Below are positions 12,778-25,125 of a stretch of 64,000 nt of DNA, one piece after another. Below the pieces are notes generated by a model that ran no database searches, had not been told where the DNA came from, and saw only the letters and a program-made list of their open reading frames with translations. Position numbers and translations under genes: made by a program. Source of the stretch: Eledone cirrhosa (taxonomy: Eukaryota); contig OZ024762.1 of NCBI GenBank assembly GCA_964016885.1, positions 6,138,001-6,202,000 on the forward strand, written 5' to 3'. How positions within the stretch are numbered: the stretch's first letter is position 1; the number at the start of each line of letters is the position of its first letter.

Positions 12778-12922
12778 TGATGAGAAGAAGAAGAAGAATG
12801 AGAAGGAGGAGGAGAAGAAGGAGGAGGAGAAGAAGATGAAGAAGGCAAGAAGAAGAAGATAAAGAAGAAGAAGATAAAGAAGAAGAAGAAGGCAAGAAGA
12901 AGAAGAAGGCAAAGAAGAAGAT
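12778..12922. repeat. (GAA/GGA)n purine tract
   Basis: Seen directly in the sequence. Confidence 0.9.
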
Positions 12923-12962
12923 CACCACAACAACAAAAACAATGCTAATTAGTCCAACTTAC

Positions 12963-13100
12963 GAGTAGATACCCTGAGAGAAAGTTGATTTATGTAATCC
13001 AATTTCAGCTGTTCCAACACACTAGACATTTCAGATTTAAAAACTGTGACATTTATGACCTCCTCCATCTGGTCATTACTGACAAACACTTTTGGTTTAT
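12963..13100 (-). CDS. MRRF: MRRF exon (NKPKVFVS..LKLDYINQLSLRVST)
   Basis: gctag| acceptor and |gtaagt donor; matches the first RRF helix. Confidence 0.9.
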
Positions 13101-13269
13101 CTAGCAACAGAAACAGAAATAATACTTCAACAAACATTTCTTTGGCAAAAATAAGAGTAATTTGTAAATCTTTATTGGTTATAGATAACATTCTCTTAAA
13201 TCTTTCTTAACTGCTGAGAAGAATGTTTTGAATTCAAAGCTACTGTGAAGCAACATTTTATAGCTACTG

Positions 13270-13606
13270 TGAGGCACATGGCTTAGTGGTTATTGGCCTT
13301 GCAATCGAAAGGTTGTGAGTTCAATTCTCAGACCGGGTGATGTGTTGATTCCTTGAACAAGACACTTTATTTCACATTGTTTACTCAGTTTACTGAGCTG
13401 TAGAAATGAGATGATAGGGACTGGGGTCCCTATCATTCCACTGCAAAGTGGACGTATAGAAAAAAAAAAGCACCCAGCACTCACTGTAAATGAGGTCGGT
13501 GTTAGGAAGGGCATCCAGCTGTAGAAATCAAGCCAGAATCAGTTCCCGTCCCACCCTTGCAAGCATGGAAAAGCGGACGTAAAATGATGATGATGATGAT
13601 GATGAT
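13270..13606 (+). mobile_element. tRNA-head SINE with RTE-like (GAT)n tail
   Basis: A box TGGCTTAGTGG and B box GAGTTCAATTC; tail AGGAAGGGCATCCAGCTGTAG..GGACGTAAAA(TGA)n, shared with many copies (e.g. 21880-22050, 53730-53960, 57100-57340). Confidence 0.75.
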
Positions 13607-13626
13607 GTGAGGCAACATTTCAAACC

Positions 13627-14480
13627 TATGAGGTCTGATTGAAAAGTTCATAGGCTGACCAAGATACTCTCATGGAATGACCAAATGAAGTTTATTTTTC
13701 AAAATAGTCCCTAGAAAGAAACAATGCAGTTTTAGCAGAAATATCATTAGAATAAGTTTTTTGGTTGCGAGAAGGATCCTTAATGAAGATTAGGTTATAA
13801 GGTTGCGTGTTTAGAGTTTTATGGTGAGGAAAGGATCAAATAGGTAAGCACAGCGAGGAAATATAAAAAAAGGTTTAGTCTGCTCCGTAAAATATTACAA
13901 TAGAATGTTAGGCGCCATTGTGGCATATATCTAGGTAGGATACTGCTGGGCCCTTGCCGAAAGAGCCAAAGTTCCTTGGTAAATGTTTCATCTTGCCAGT
14001 TGCTCCAGGGAACGCCATTACTAATGTCTTGTCTACGAAAATGAAGCTGCAACTGTTTAGAAGTGAAAAGAGGCGCGAATTTCCTAGCTGGGCGGAAGTC
14101 ACTGCTTGGTATTCCTACGCCACCGACTTACAGGCCTGGCAACTCACCAAGCACAAGCTAATTGTTCCGCCGCGATAAGGTAGTGCCATTGCTTACTACA
14201 CAGTGGGTTGGCAGTATCGGTAGAGGGTCGGACGCCATGCTTTGACGCAAAGAGTTACGTCCCTTTATGGTTTGAGTCAAATCCCGCCGAGGTTAACTTT
14301 GCCTTTCATCCTTACGGGGTCGATAAAATAAAGTACCAGTAATGTACTGGGTAATTGCTGGCCCTGTGCCAAAAGTAGAAACAATTAATAAGAAGAGTTG
14401 AAATTAATGCATGCAAGATTTCACAGCACTAGCATCACTCCTTCACAGTCAGCTTATAAACTTTTCAGCCCACCCTTGTA
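13627..14480. mobile_element. Mariner-like TIR element relic with nested insertions
   Basis: Imperfect ~33-bp TIRs (TATGAGGTCTGATTGAAAAGTTCATAGGCTGAC and the inverse of 14448-14480) with TA ends. Confidence 0.6.
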
Positions 14481-14558
14481 CTGTGCAACACCATTTCAAA
14501 ACTTCTGTGAGGCAACATTCCAAACATAGTGTGTATCTCCATTTCAAACCTATTGTGT

Positions 14559-16004
14559 AGCAACATTTCAAAGCTACTGTACAACACTTCAAAGCTGCTG
14601 TACAGCAACATCTCAAAGCTACTGTACAACATCTCAAAGCTACTGTACAACATCTCAAAGTTACTGTACAACATCTCAAAGCTACTGTACAACATCTCAA
14701 AGCTTCTGTACAACATCTCAAAGCTACTGTACAACATTTCAAAGCTACTGTACAGCAACATTTCAAAACTACTGTACAGCAACATTTCAAAACTACTGTA
14801 CAGCAACATTTCAAAACTACTGTACAGCAACATTTCAAAACTACTGTACAGCAACATTTCAAAACTACTGTACAGCAACATTTCAAAGCTACTGTACAGC
14901 AACATTTCAAAACTACTGTACAGCAACATTTCAAAACTACTGTACAGCAACATTTCAAAGCTACTGTACAGCAACATTTCAAAGCTACTGTACAGCAACA
15001 TTTCAAAGCTACTGTACAGCAACATTTCAAAACTACTGTACAGCAACATTTCAAAGCTACTGTACAGCAACATTTCAAAACTACTGTACAGCAACATTTC
15101 AAAGCTACTGTACAGCAACATTTCAAAGCTACTGTACAGCAACATTTCAAAGCTGCTGTACAGCAACATCTCAAAGCTACTGTACAGCAACATTTCAAAG
15201 CTACTGTACAGCAACATTTCAAAACTACTGTACAGCAACATTTCAAAGCTACTGTACAGCAACATTTCAAAGCTACTGTACAGCAACATTTCAAAGCTGC
15301 TGTACAGCAACATTTCAAAACTACTGTACAGCAACATTTCAAAGCTACTGTACAGCAACATTTCAAAACTACTGTACAGCAACATTTCAAAGCTACTGTA
15401 CAGCAACATTTCAAAGCTACTGTACAGCAACATTTCAAAGCTACTGTACAACATCTCAAAGCTACTGTACAACATCTCAAAGCTACTGTACAACATCTCA
15501 AAGCTACTGTACAACATCTCAAAGCTACTGTACAACATTTCAAAGCTACTGTACAGCAACATTTCAAAACTACTGTACAGCAACATTTCAAAGCTACTGT
15601 ACAGCAACATTTCAAAACTACTGTACAGCAACATTTCAAAACTACTGTACAGCAACATTTCAAAACTACTGTACAGCAACATTTCAAAGCTACTGTACAG
15701 CAACATTTCAAAGCTACTGTACAACATCTCAAAGCTACTGTACAACATCTCAAAGCTACTGTACAACATCTCAAAGCTACTGTACAACATTTCAAAGCTA
15801 CTGTACAGCAACATTTCAAAGCTACTGTACAGCAACATTTCAAAGCTACTGTACAACATCTCAAAGCTACTGTACAACATCTCAAAGCTACTGTACAACA
15901 TCTCAAAGCTACTGTACAACATTTCAAAGCTACTGTACAGCAACATTTCAAAACTACTGTACAGCAACATTTCAAAGCTACTGTACAGCAACATTTCAAA
16001 GCTA
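14559..16004. repeat. 18/21-bp minisatellite (AGC)AACAT(T/C)TCAAA(G/A)CTACTGTAC in an MRRF intron
   Basis: About 70 near-identical units; source of the three 500+ aa ORFs. Confidence 0.97.
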
Positions 16005-16334
16005 ATGAGTAGTAATATTTTGATGTGTTGCACCAATACAGCAACTTTTTGGCCACATTCATTCCCATCATTCCTCTCACCCAGTCACTTTCATTCTTCC
16101 TCAACATATGACCCAACCCTCTCATTCTATTTCTCTTCACAACATTTATCACTGTCTCTATTTCTTTCACCCAGTCACTTTCAACCTTCCTCAACACATG
16201 ACCTAACCCTCTCATTCAATTTCTCATCACAACATTCACTACTTTGTCTTCCTCTCTCTTGACTATGCTCCACTTATACACCAGACCAATCATAATTAGC
16301 AAAGTTTGGCTGAGCCATGAAAATCAATACTTAC

Positions 16335-16590
16335 TTGTCTTTTTCTTAGATTTTGATGCTTTTACTTTGGCATATTCACGAAGATGGCACCAGTTGTATG
16401 ATCCAGTTAATAAGAGACCGGATCTTTGGTTAATACTGAGATTAACTTTGGTTAACATAGATAACATCTGTCTCTGGCTTTTACTTAATGATTCCAAGGT
16501 AGACGGCAACCTCTTTATAAAAACAGGTTGTGCTTTTGAAGACATACCAGTTTGTAGCAGCCGTGGTAAGCCCCTCCATGTATTCACTGT
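16335..16590 (-). CDS. MRRF: MRRF exon encoding the mitochondrial presequence and REYAKVKASKSKKK
   Basis: ttgcag| acceptor and A|gtaagt donor; S/R/L/K-rich, almost acid-free N-terminus. An internal Met (GMSSK) is an alternative start. Confidence 0.85.
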
Positions 16591-17499
16591 CTGCAATATA
16601 ACATTAAATTGAAAGATTCTTTAACCTGTTTGATACTAAACTGCTTGAAAACATTTCTGATTTTCCAATATAAAGCTGCTTATTTTAAAGTGCTTATCAT
16701 CATCATCATCGTCATCATTTTAATGTCTGCTTTCCATGTTAGCAAGAGTTGGATGGGTGTCCATAGACCAAGTCAATACCGAAGTGGGGCTACTGATCTC
16801 CCAGACAGGCCAGGGATCTGCATCTCATTTTTGTATGGTCTAATGCTCTACCAAGTGACAAGAGAGGTTGTCATGTCTTTGACACAACTGAAGGGTCCTC
16901 CCAACCCTTTTTTAATATTTATCTAAAAACCTTTCATAATAATTTTATGTAAGAAATGTTGCTAAGTTATGTTCCAAACACCAGTTTAGTAATGAGAAAG
17001 TTAGTTATTATTAAATTCCTCAAAATTTTTTTTATTTTCAGAATTATTTGAAAATCCTAAGCTGTGTTATTCATTAGAAATATGGTAACAACTACATCAA
17101 CATTTCAGTGCAGAAAGGAGAAACACCAGTTTCTGATGGCCTTGAACACACATGGTCATGTAACTCATCAGATAAAGGCCAAGAGGACTTGGTGGAAAGG
17201 ATGCTGGACTTACAATCATAATGCAGTGGGTTTGATTCCTCACTGAGTTATGTGTTGTGTTCTTAAGTAAAACACTTCATTTCATGTTGCTCCATTATAC
17301 TCAGCTGAAAATGAGTACTAGCAGTAGCTGCGAGGTTAAACCTGCGATGGACTAGCATTCTGTCCAGTGGGGAGTCTTGTACTCTATCATTTAATACGAC
17401 TGAAACCAGGATAAGCACCAACCTGATGAGCCCCCAGGGGTTGAGACAGACTTTAGACAAGGGGACCGGGCAGTGCTATGGCTGGATCTGTCCAATGTA

Positions 17500-17800
17500 T
17501 ATGTTTCAACTACAGCAAGTTCAAATCAAGTCTTCTGGGACCAGATGACATCTGGTTGAAGTCAGATGTCATCTGGTTGGGGTCAGGCCACATCTGATTG
17601 GGGTCAGATGACATCTGATTGGCACCAGCTGAATGTGGGGATGATCACTGGTTTCACCATCTCAGTGACCTTCTTCCTGCTGGCTGTGAACATGCTGGTC
17701 AAATCAGCAGAGAAAAAGAGCCAGGAACCTCTCAGCAAGTCGGGTGTAATGTAACCACCAACCAGAGCCTTTATAGACGATCTTACAGTTGCAACACCAG
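17500..17800 (+). mobile_element. HERO/NeSL-like (RLE-clade) LINE reverse-transcriptase fragment
   Basis: TSDWHQLNVGMITGFTISVTFFLLAVNMLVKSAE..SKSGV*PPTRAFIDDLTV (RT motifs ending in the FxDD box); the 5' part is expanded as 21-bp repeats. Confidence 0.7.
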
Positions 17801-17810
17801 GAGCCAAAAT

Positions 17811-18245
17811 GAGGGTGATTATGTTGTAGGACCCTTTGAAGCACCCAGTGGCTCCAGGATACATCACTGATAATATGTCTGTAGTTGTCACTTGGATGAG
17901 GGTGACTATGTTGTAAGACCCTTTGAAGCACCCAGTGGCTCCAGGATACATCACTGGTGATATGTCTGTAGTTAAGTCACTTGGATGAGGGTGACTATGT
18001 TGTCAGACCCTTTGAAGCACCCAGTGGCTCCAGGATACATCACTGGTGATATGTCTGTAGTTAAGTCACTTGGATGAGGGTGACTATGTTGTAAGACCCT
18101 TTGAAGCACCCAGTGGCTCCAGGATACGTCACTGGTGTGTCCAAGGTGTTTATACTTATAGTGAAATTCACCTGGATGAAGGTGTCTACGCTGTAAGACA
18201 CTTTGAAGCACCCAGTGACTCCAGGACACAACACTGATGATGCGT
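17811..18245. repeat. ~89-bp tandem repeat, 5 units
   Basis: Unit starts at 17811, 17898, 17987, 18076 and 18178; reverse-complement relatives at 23482-23800. Confidence 0.9.
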
Positions 18246-18673
18246 CCAAGGTTTTACACCTGATGATGTGTAAAGGGCTAGATGAATAGCTATGCTAACA
18301 GGGTAACATTGACAATAGACCTCGTTTGAAGAAATTGAAAATATCTCGTTCGATCCACCGGATCCATTTCACACGCTCCGCTCACATATACACACACATA
18401 CATACAAAATATGTCTGAGAAATCGGGCGAAATATCTACATTTTCTTCAAACTAAATATATTATCAACGATTCCCTTTAACCTCCATGGGGCGAGGATGC
18501 GTCTGTTTTCGTTTGACCTGCTAGAAATAGCGAATCTAGGACTACCTTACATTTGGTGGCCACGACTGGAAAGCCTTTCATCACAAAAGGTTTGCTTAAT
18601 TGGGATTTGACCTGGGACTAGAGAACAACAAACCTGTCAAGGACGAAAATCGTAATTCATACCTAGTGTTTAT

Positions 18674-18714
<41 letters not shown>

Positions 18715-18979
18715 CGGTAGAAACTTAACCGTAGGGCAGAGAATCATACAGATATATATATATATAAATATAATGTTTGTTTGTTCTGCTCATCAATTTT
18801 TACATATACATATATATATATATATTTATATAGGATTCTCTGCCCTACGGTTAAGTTTCTACCGTTTCGATTCTTGAACAAAAAGTTTCTGAAATTTGAT
18901 GAATCAAAGAAGAATTGTAATAATTTAAAATAATAACAATACAAATAAAAGATTTGACAAGGAAAACAGAAATACTAAC

Positions 18980-18991
18980 CCACGAGCACAT
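18980..18991 (-). CDS. MRRF: Putative MRRF first coding exon (MCSW)
   Basis: aacATG TGC TCG TGG|gttagt; phase 0 joins the open frame of the next exon, and it lies beside the RBM18 promoter. Confidence 0.55.
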
Positions 18992-19666
18992 GTTAGTCTT
19001 GTTCACTAGAATTATTTTCGTGTCTCTCTCTCTTTCTCTTTCTTTCTTTCTCTCCCTCTTTCATTCTTTCACTCTCTCTCTTCCTTTTTCACACTCACTC
19101 TCTCTTCCCCTTTCTCTCACACCGTGTACAATTAAATCTAGTGTTGAATGTGGGGTTTATTTTTTTAATAAATATAATGTTATTCTAATGCAATAAAACA
19201 ATTATTATAATTAATTATTTCACTGCCGTCGTCGTCATTAAGCTAATCCAAATAACGTAGTATTACTAAGTATACGAAACGTTAATATATTTGCCATCTT
19301 TACATGTCAGATTCTGCCACCACCGATAAACTTGGCGATTTTCATCAACAAATTCTCCTTTTAATTCCTGTTTTTTTTTTTCTAATTATATTTCTTCCCC
19401 TTCATCTAAATATCAACTGAAAATAACGACTCATATATTAGCTACTTAAGCTTCATTTCAATCATATTAACGAGCTGTTTAGCCAAGCCGTCCAACAATC
19501 ACGTATTGGCAAGAATCATAAACAAAGCCAGATTATTTCAACAACTGCCACCGATTTTTTCCTCTTTCAATCCTTTAAAAGAAGATTTGTTTTTTTCTTT
19601 TTAATTGTTTTCCTTTAATTTGTAACTAGGAAATGTTACTCTGAACCCAAGACCAGCTGTTGTGAA
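18992..19666. promoter_or_regulatory. Putative bidirectional promoter and 5' UTRs of MRRF and RBM18
   Basis: Divergent ATGs about 675 bp apart; no recognisable TE; locally more CpGs; YY1-like GCCATCTT at 19293-19300. Confidence 0.65.
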
Positions 19667-19681
19667 ATGACTTCGGACATG
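19667..19681 (+). CDS. RBM18: RBM18 first coding exon (MTSDM)
   Basis: gaaATG...ATG|gtaagt; phase 0 matches the next exon. Confidence 0.75.
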
Positions 19682-19892
19682 GTAAGTCCATCGTTGTTTA
19701 CACATTTTTTTCTTTTCTTATATTATCTGAGCCTGAAAAAATATATATATTTGAAAATATTGTTATCACATAGGCTTTTTTTCCGTCTTTCTTGCTAATA
19801 TACTTATCTCAGGAGAAGAAAAAAAATCCCTATTGTCCTTGCATATTTTCGCGATAGAGAGACAATACAGTGCGCCAGCACTACTACACTAT

Positions 19893-20114
19893 TATATAGT
19901 GTGTTCGCTTTTTACGCGAAGATGTGTTCGTGAACGCGGCGTGTAAAGCAAATTCGCGTAATTCACTTCTAATGTTATATTATATTTCTGATTAATAAAA
20001 AAAATTAAAAACCACACGCGTTAAAGCGCAAAATGAATATTTAATAATATTTTTCAAGAGGCGTTAAAGCGAATTTGCGTACTTCAAGTTCGTAAAAAGC
20101 GAACAGACTATATA
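19893..20114. mobile_element. TA-flanked MITE in RBM18 intron 1
   Basis: TIRs TATATAGTGTGTTCGCTTTTTACG / CGTAAAAAGCGAACAGACTATATA. Confidence 0.7.
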
Positions 20115-20165
20115 TATAATTCAAAATATTAATAAATGAAGACGTTTACATAATCAAAATATATG

Positions 20166-20227
20166 TTTTATTATATATATTTCGGAGATACTGTGCTGTT
20201 TTTTCAGTACGTCCTCATCAGATAAAA
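20166..20227 (-). ncRNA. Minimal type-I hammerhead ribozyme motif (family A)
   Basis: UUUUAU-CUGAUGA-GGA..UACUG/CAGUA..UCC-GAAA-UAUAUA-UA-AUAAAA; all three stems pair and stem III is palindromic. Confidence 0.75.
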
Positions 20228-20454
20228 TACATAAATTGATGTACGACATATCTCAACTGTCTTGATGGTTTAATTTCAGTCTTGGCAGTGATTTATTACA
20301 ACAAAACTCAATGTTTATATACCACAGGTAATAACATGACAAACTAAATATGATGAAAAGAGGGACGTGAAGCGAGATATAAGTATCAAGAGGGTATGAG
20401 AAAATATAGAAGAAATAAATAAACATATAAGTACATAAATGTTAAAATATTTAA

Positions 20455-20496
<42 letters not shown>

Positions 20497-21387
20497 GATT
20501 TCGTCTTAGTACTAATCATGCTGGAACCATGATTAAGAGCAGGGTCTGTGACCAGAGCTCCCAAATTGTCTTTTCTTGTTCCCATAAATAACACGCAAGT
20601 GCCCCGATGAAAATTCCAGCCAGGGTTCTCTATACAGGCCCAGTTTGCACCTGCTTCCACAGTTAAGGAAATAAGGTGTAGTAGTGTTGCTTCATCGATC
20701 ATACACCTTCCTTATAAACGGGGGGTTTGTGCCAATGTAAGAAATTATTGATTAAAGAAGGTGTGTCGTTATAGTCTAATGGATAGGTAAGGTATTGGAG
20801 TTCAGACAAAAAGCTTGGTTACGAGTTCAATTCCTCTCATTCTGTTTGACTAATAATAATAATAATTTCTATATTTGCCACAAAGCCAGCAATTTAATGG
20901 GAATGGGGATAGTCGATTAAATCGACCCCAGTGCGTTACTGTTACTTTGTTTTATCGAGTCTGGAAGGAGGAAAGGCATGTTGTCCGACGCTCTACTGAT
21001 ACTGCCAATTAAAATAGAAGACAAACAGCAGTAATAAAATACTTATAGAGTGCTATAAATACATCAAACTGAAATAATTTTCATAGTTGTTCTAATCATC
21101 CATTCGTTTATATAAATATCAACCTAAGAATTTGAAAGGGAGGTTGATATGCCTTTGACACAACTGAAGACTCATTCCAACCCTTTATGTGGCAAGCTTT
21201 CTAGGGCTTGATGCCCTTCCTATCACCAACACTTTGGAGGTTGTAATGTCTTTGATACAACTGAAGGGTCCTTCCAACCCTTTATTTGGCAAGCTTTCTA
21301 GGGTTGGATTCTCTTCATAATCTATGAGAAAATTTAAAAAACAAAATGTAAATTTGACCACCCCATTGTCTGTAATCTGTCTTTCAG

Positions 21388-21476
21388 CCTACTTACCTCC
21401 CAGCACCACCTCAAGATGCCAGCACTGCTGATCAATGTAGACTATGGATTGGTAATCTTGATCCTCGAGTTACAGA
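21388..21476 (+). CDS. RBM18: RBM18 exon (PTYLPAPP..RLWIGNLDPRVTE)
   Basis: ctttcag| acceptor and GA|gtgagt donor; RNP2. Confidence 0.95.
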
Positions 21477-22193
21477 GTGAGTACCAGTTTTTTTCTATCG
21501 GCATTCAACCTTTTCCATACTTTTCCTCAAAACACTTCTGCTTCAATGAAAAAAAACACACCACTTTTAAAGGATCCATCATCATCCTCATCATTATCAT
21601 CATCAAAGTTTAACATCATCATCATCACAGTTTAACATCTATCTTCCATGCTTGGGTTAGACGAGTTGTCATGTACTGAGGATAGACAGGTTAGGTGACC
21701 ACATCTTGCTAATATTATCCATTTTTGGCTTGGTTTCTATAGCTAGATGCCTTCCCTTATGCCAACTACTTTACAGTGTGTGTTGGGAACATGGTTTCTA
21801 TAGCTGGATACCATTCTTAACACCCACCGCTTTACTCTATATTCAAAGCAACAATCTGTAACACTATGTCCTCAAATTCTTAATGAGGTTGGTGTTAGGA
21901 AGAGCATCCAGCCATAGAAAACCTGCCAGATAGTCCTATATGAGCGAGACACGATCACCCGACCTACCTTGCCTTAAGTGGGACAACTCCCGTCTAACCC
22001 ATGCTATCGTGGAAGATGGACGTTAAACAAAGATGATGATGATGATGATATACAGTGTATTTCATTAGCAATATTGTCATGAAAGGGTTAATATCCTTTC
22101 AAAATATATTTTAACGACATGACTTTTTTCCATTAAAATACTGCTCCCCACTCTAATATTTGTATAATAAATAAATATAAATATACCTTTCAG

Positions 22194-22320
22194 ATTTGCT
22201 TTACTTAAAATCCTTCAGAAATTTGGTAACCTTTTGAAATTTGATTTGATGTATCACAAATCAGGACCTGACCAAGGTAAACACAGGGGATATTGTTTTG
22301 CTACGTATGAAAATAAAGAG
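22194..22320 (+). CDS. RBM18: RBM18 exon (FALLKILQKFG..HKSG..RGYCFATYENKE)
   Basis: tttcag| acceptor and GAG|gtgagt donor; RNP1. Confidence 0.95.
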
Positions 22321-24267
22321 GTGAGTTAATCTTCAGAGATTTCATTTAACCCTTTCTATACCCAAAACTGCCACTGTCCTCGAGCATGTGCTCCAGTAGG
22401 TTGAGTGAAGCAACTGTCTCCAATTGATCCAAGTGGATTACCAAGCGAAACCAAACAAACTTATGGATGTTATCCAACCATTTTGCTCGGGGTCTACCCC
22501 TGGGTCTCCTGCCGGTTGTTTTTTTCCCTGTAAAATCTCTCCAACAATTCTTCCCTGGGGCAATTCTGACCACCAATTGATGTACGCAATTGGAAATATT
22601 TATGAGAGCAATGCATTTTATTTTGTTAATGGGTAGTGTGATTTGATGCTTAGAGATATCGATAGTATTACTGTAATTCACAAAGGCAAAGTTGGTAGAG
22701 CATCGAACAAATGCTTAACAGTATTTGTTCCGGCACTTTATGTTCTCAGTTCAAATCCCACCGGGGTCAACTTTACCTTTCATCCTTCTGAGATGGATAA
22801 AATAAAGTACCAGTCAAGTACTGGGGGTTGATAAAATGAAGTAGCAGTAACACAATAGGATTGATATAATCAACTTTCTCCTGCCTTGTGCCTAAATTAG
22901 AATTATCGTAATTTATCGTTTTTGTTTTTATTCATTTAGAATTCATTTGGGTTTCTAGTTATTGATACAGTATTTAGGATTATAGTGAAAAGGTCAGCCC
23001 CTCAAGTTCTTCAGACATCCATCAATCAAAGACCTTATTCTCTTGTTGGCTCATGTGTGTGTATGTGTGGAGCATGTGAAATGAATTTGGTGAATCAAAT
23101 GTGATATTTTCATTTTCTTCAAACAAGGTCTTGTGTCAATTATACCCACCTAACATATAATAATGATAATGAAATTATTGTGTACAGTGCTCAGGGGCAC
23201 TACAACTCATCAAAGGTGCATGTATAGTACATAGAATAATGTACAAATGTCAGGAAAATGAACAGTGTATGAGTCATGATATAATAACAATAACAATAAT
23301 GAAATATTGTGTACAGTGCCCAGGTGCACCACAACTCATCAAAAAAGTGCATGTACAGTACATAGGGCAATGCACAAACATCAGTAAAAAGAACAGTGCA
23401 CGAGTCATGATACACACATGTGTGCATGTGTATGGAAGGGGTACATCAGGTGTAGTTTTGGCGTATTCCTCTATCTCTTTACACATCATCAGTGTTGTAT
23501 CCTGGAGTTGTTTCAGGTCTTACAACATAGTCACCCTCATCCAAGTGGCTTGTCAAAAGGACACATCATCAGTGTTGTATCCTTGAGTCACTGAGTGTTT
23601 CAGGTCTTACAACATAGTCACCTCTCATCGGTGTTTGAGGTCTTACAACATAGTCACCCTCATCCAAGTGACTTGACTACAGGACACATCATCAGTGTTG
23701 TATCCTGGAGTCACTGGGTGCTTCAAAGGGTTTTACAACATAGTCACCCTCTTCCAGGTGACCCAACTACAGGGCACATCATCAGTGTCATATCTAGGTG
23801 ATCCAACCAAGGCTGATAAAGCTTTAGTCTATGTCCAAGTTTTATACATATTACACACTTCAACCATAGCCATCTAGACATCCTCTCTGCTGCTTCCATG
23901 TTGTTTTTGATGGCTCTCCTTCTGCTAGCTTCCATAATACCCAGAGTTCTGTAGGCTTTTGAACACCATAAATTTAACCTCAAAAAATAGTTTTACATGC
24001 ATCTACAGTATTTATTGTTCCATCCTAATTTACTTACCATATATATTCGAATATAAGCCGACCCCCTTATTTTATATTCAAGAAATGGGCAAAACTCCAA
24101 CCCCCATTTATAAGCCGAGGCAGTTAATCAACACATTGTTTACATGGGGCATGTATGACAACACCCACCCCTCCCCATACCGTTGACTTATATTCGAATA
24201 TATATGGTATATCTTGAAAAGAAATAAAAAAAATCTAATTTTAATTATTGTTTTTATTTATTATCAG

Positions 24268-24354
24268 GAAGCCAGTTATGCCTGCCAGCGCCTTGATGGA
24301 AAACTTCTTTTGTCAAAAAATTTATCTGTCAAATTGGCTCATTCAGATAAAGAT
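24268..24354 (+). CDS. RBM18: RBM18 exon (EASYACQRLDGKLLLSKNLSVKLAHSDKD)
   Basis: ttatcag| acceptor and |gtatgt donor; end of the RRM. Confidence 0.93.
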
Positions 24355-24739
24355 GTATGTTGTTTTTGTTGGTATTTTCACCTCTGAGAAATTTGCATTT
24401 TGATAAATTTATGGTTTGCCTCAGAGAAACTATAATTTATGTTAATTATCAACACTTGGAAGTGATTAAAGATAAAAATTATATTTTTATATTTGAGTAT
24501 ATACATGCTGAACATTTAGGTAATCATCTTCTTCTCCTTCTCCCACTTATTCCTGAGAGGATCGTGGGGGCAGAGTCCTCAAACACTCGCTCCAACAGGT
24601 CCGGTCAGAAGCAACCATCTCCAACTGATTCGGGTGGATCGCCAAGTATGACCAGCCACGCTCATGGATGTTATCCAACCATCTTGCTTGGGGTCTACCC
24701 GGTTGGTTTTGCCTATAAAACCTTGTCAGAGTTTCTTTC

Positions 24740-25125
24740 CTAAGACATTCTAATCACATGATCATAGTATCGGAGCTGTACCTGAAATGACACTCTGATC
24801 TCTGAGCTACGTACCTTATTGAGTAAGGTTACTCCAAAGACTCTTCGGAGGAATCCCATTTTGTCTGCTTGTATTCGCAATCGTATTCTTTTGGTCATTA
24901 TCCAAGATCAATGACCATAGGTAACAGTTGACACCAATACTGAATTGAAGACAGTGAGTTTGGTTTTTACACTTCTTCTGATTACTGAATACTGAAGCTG
25001 GCACATTACTGCACCAGCTCCTGCAATTCTTGCACTCAATTCAGCCTCCTGCCCTCCATCACTCGTGAACACGGCCCCGAGAGACTTGAACTCCTCTACC
25101 TGCTTCAGTGGAACTCCATTCACAT
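24740..25125 (-). mobile_element. Degenerate RTE-type LINE fragment
   Basis: VNGVPLKQVEEFKSLGAVFTSDG..ARIAGA..TKLTVFNSV..TYGH; related pieces at 26610-26920 and 38000-38330. Confidence 0.75.

Larger units (their letters stand above)
5776..18991 (-). other. MRRF: MRRF (mitochondrial ribosome recycling factor) gene span, 7 coding exons, ~287 aa
   Basis: The joined exons give a basic presequence, then REYAKVKASKSKKK..INQLSLRVST..YPLNQIAQI..NPQVEGTTIYIPIPKVSKEHREKL..SEDLI..KQRDLL. This is collinear with the RRF family and all phases are consistent. Confidence 0.93.

Noticed and set aside
13270-13345. tRNA-like A/B boxes here and in many other SINE heads
   Set aside because: No complete cloverleaf, and each continues into a SINE body.
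14559-16004. CRISPR-like regular array (also 39227-40066 and 55387-56340)
   Set aside because: No unique spacers, no cas genes, and the context is eukaryotic.
14449-16262. Three 500+ aa ORFs, including a Cys-rich keratin-associated/metallothionein-like one
   Set aside because: They are translations of an intronic 18/21-bp minisatellite, open on both strands because the units are multiples of three and lack stops.
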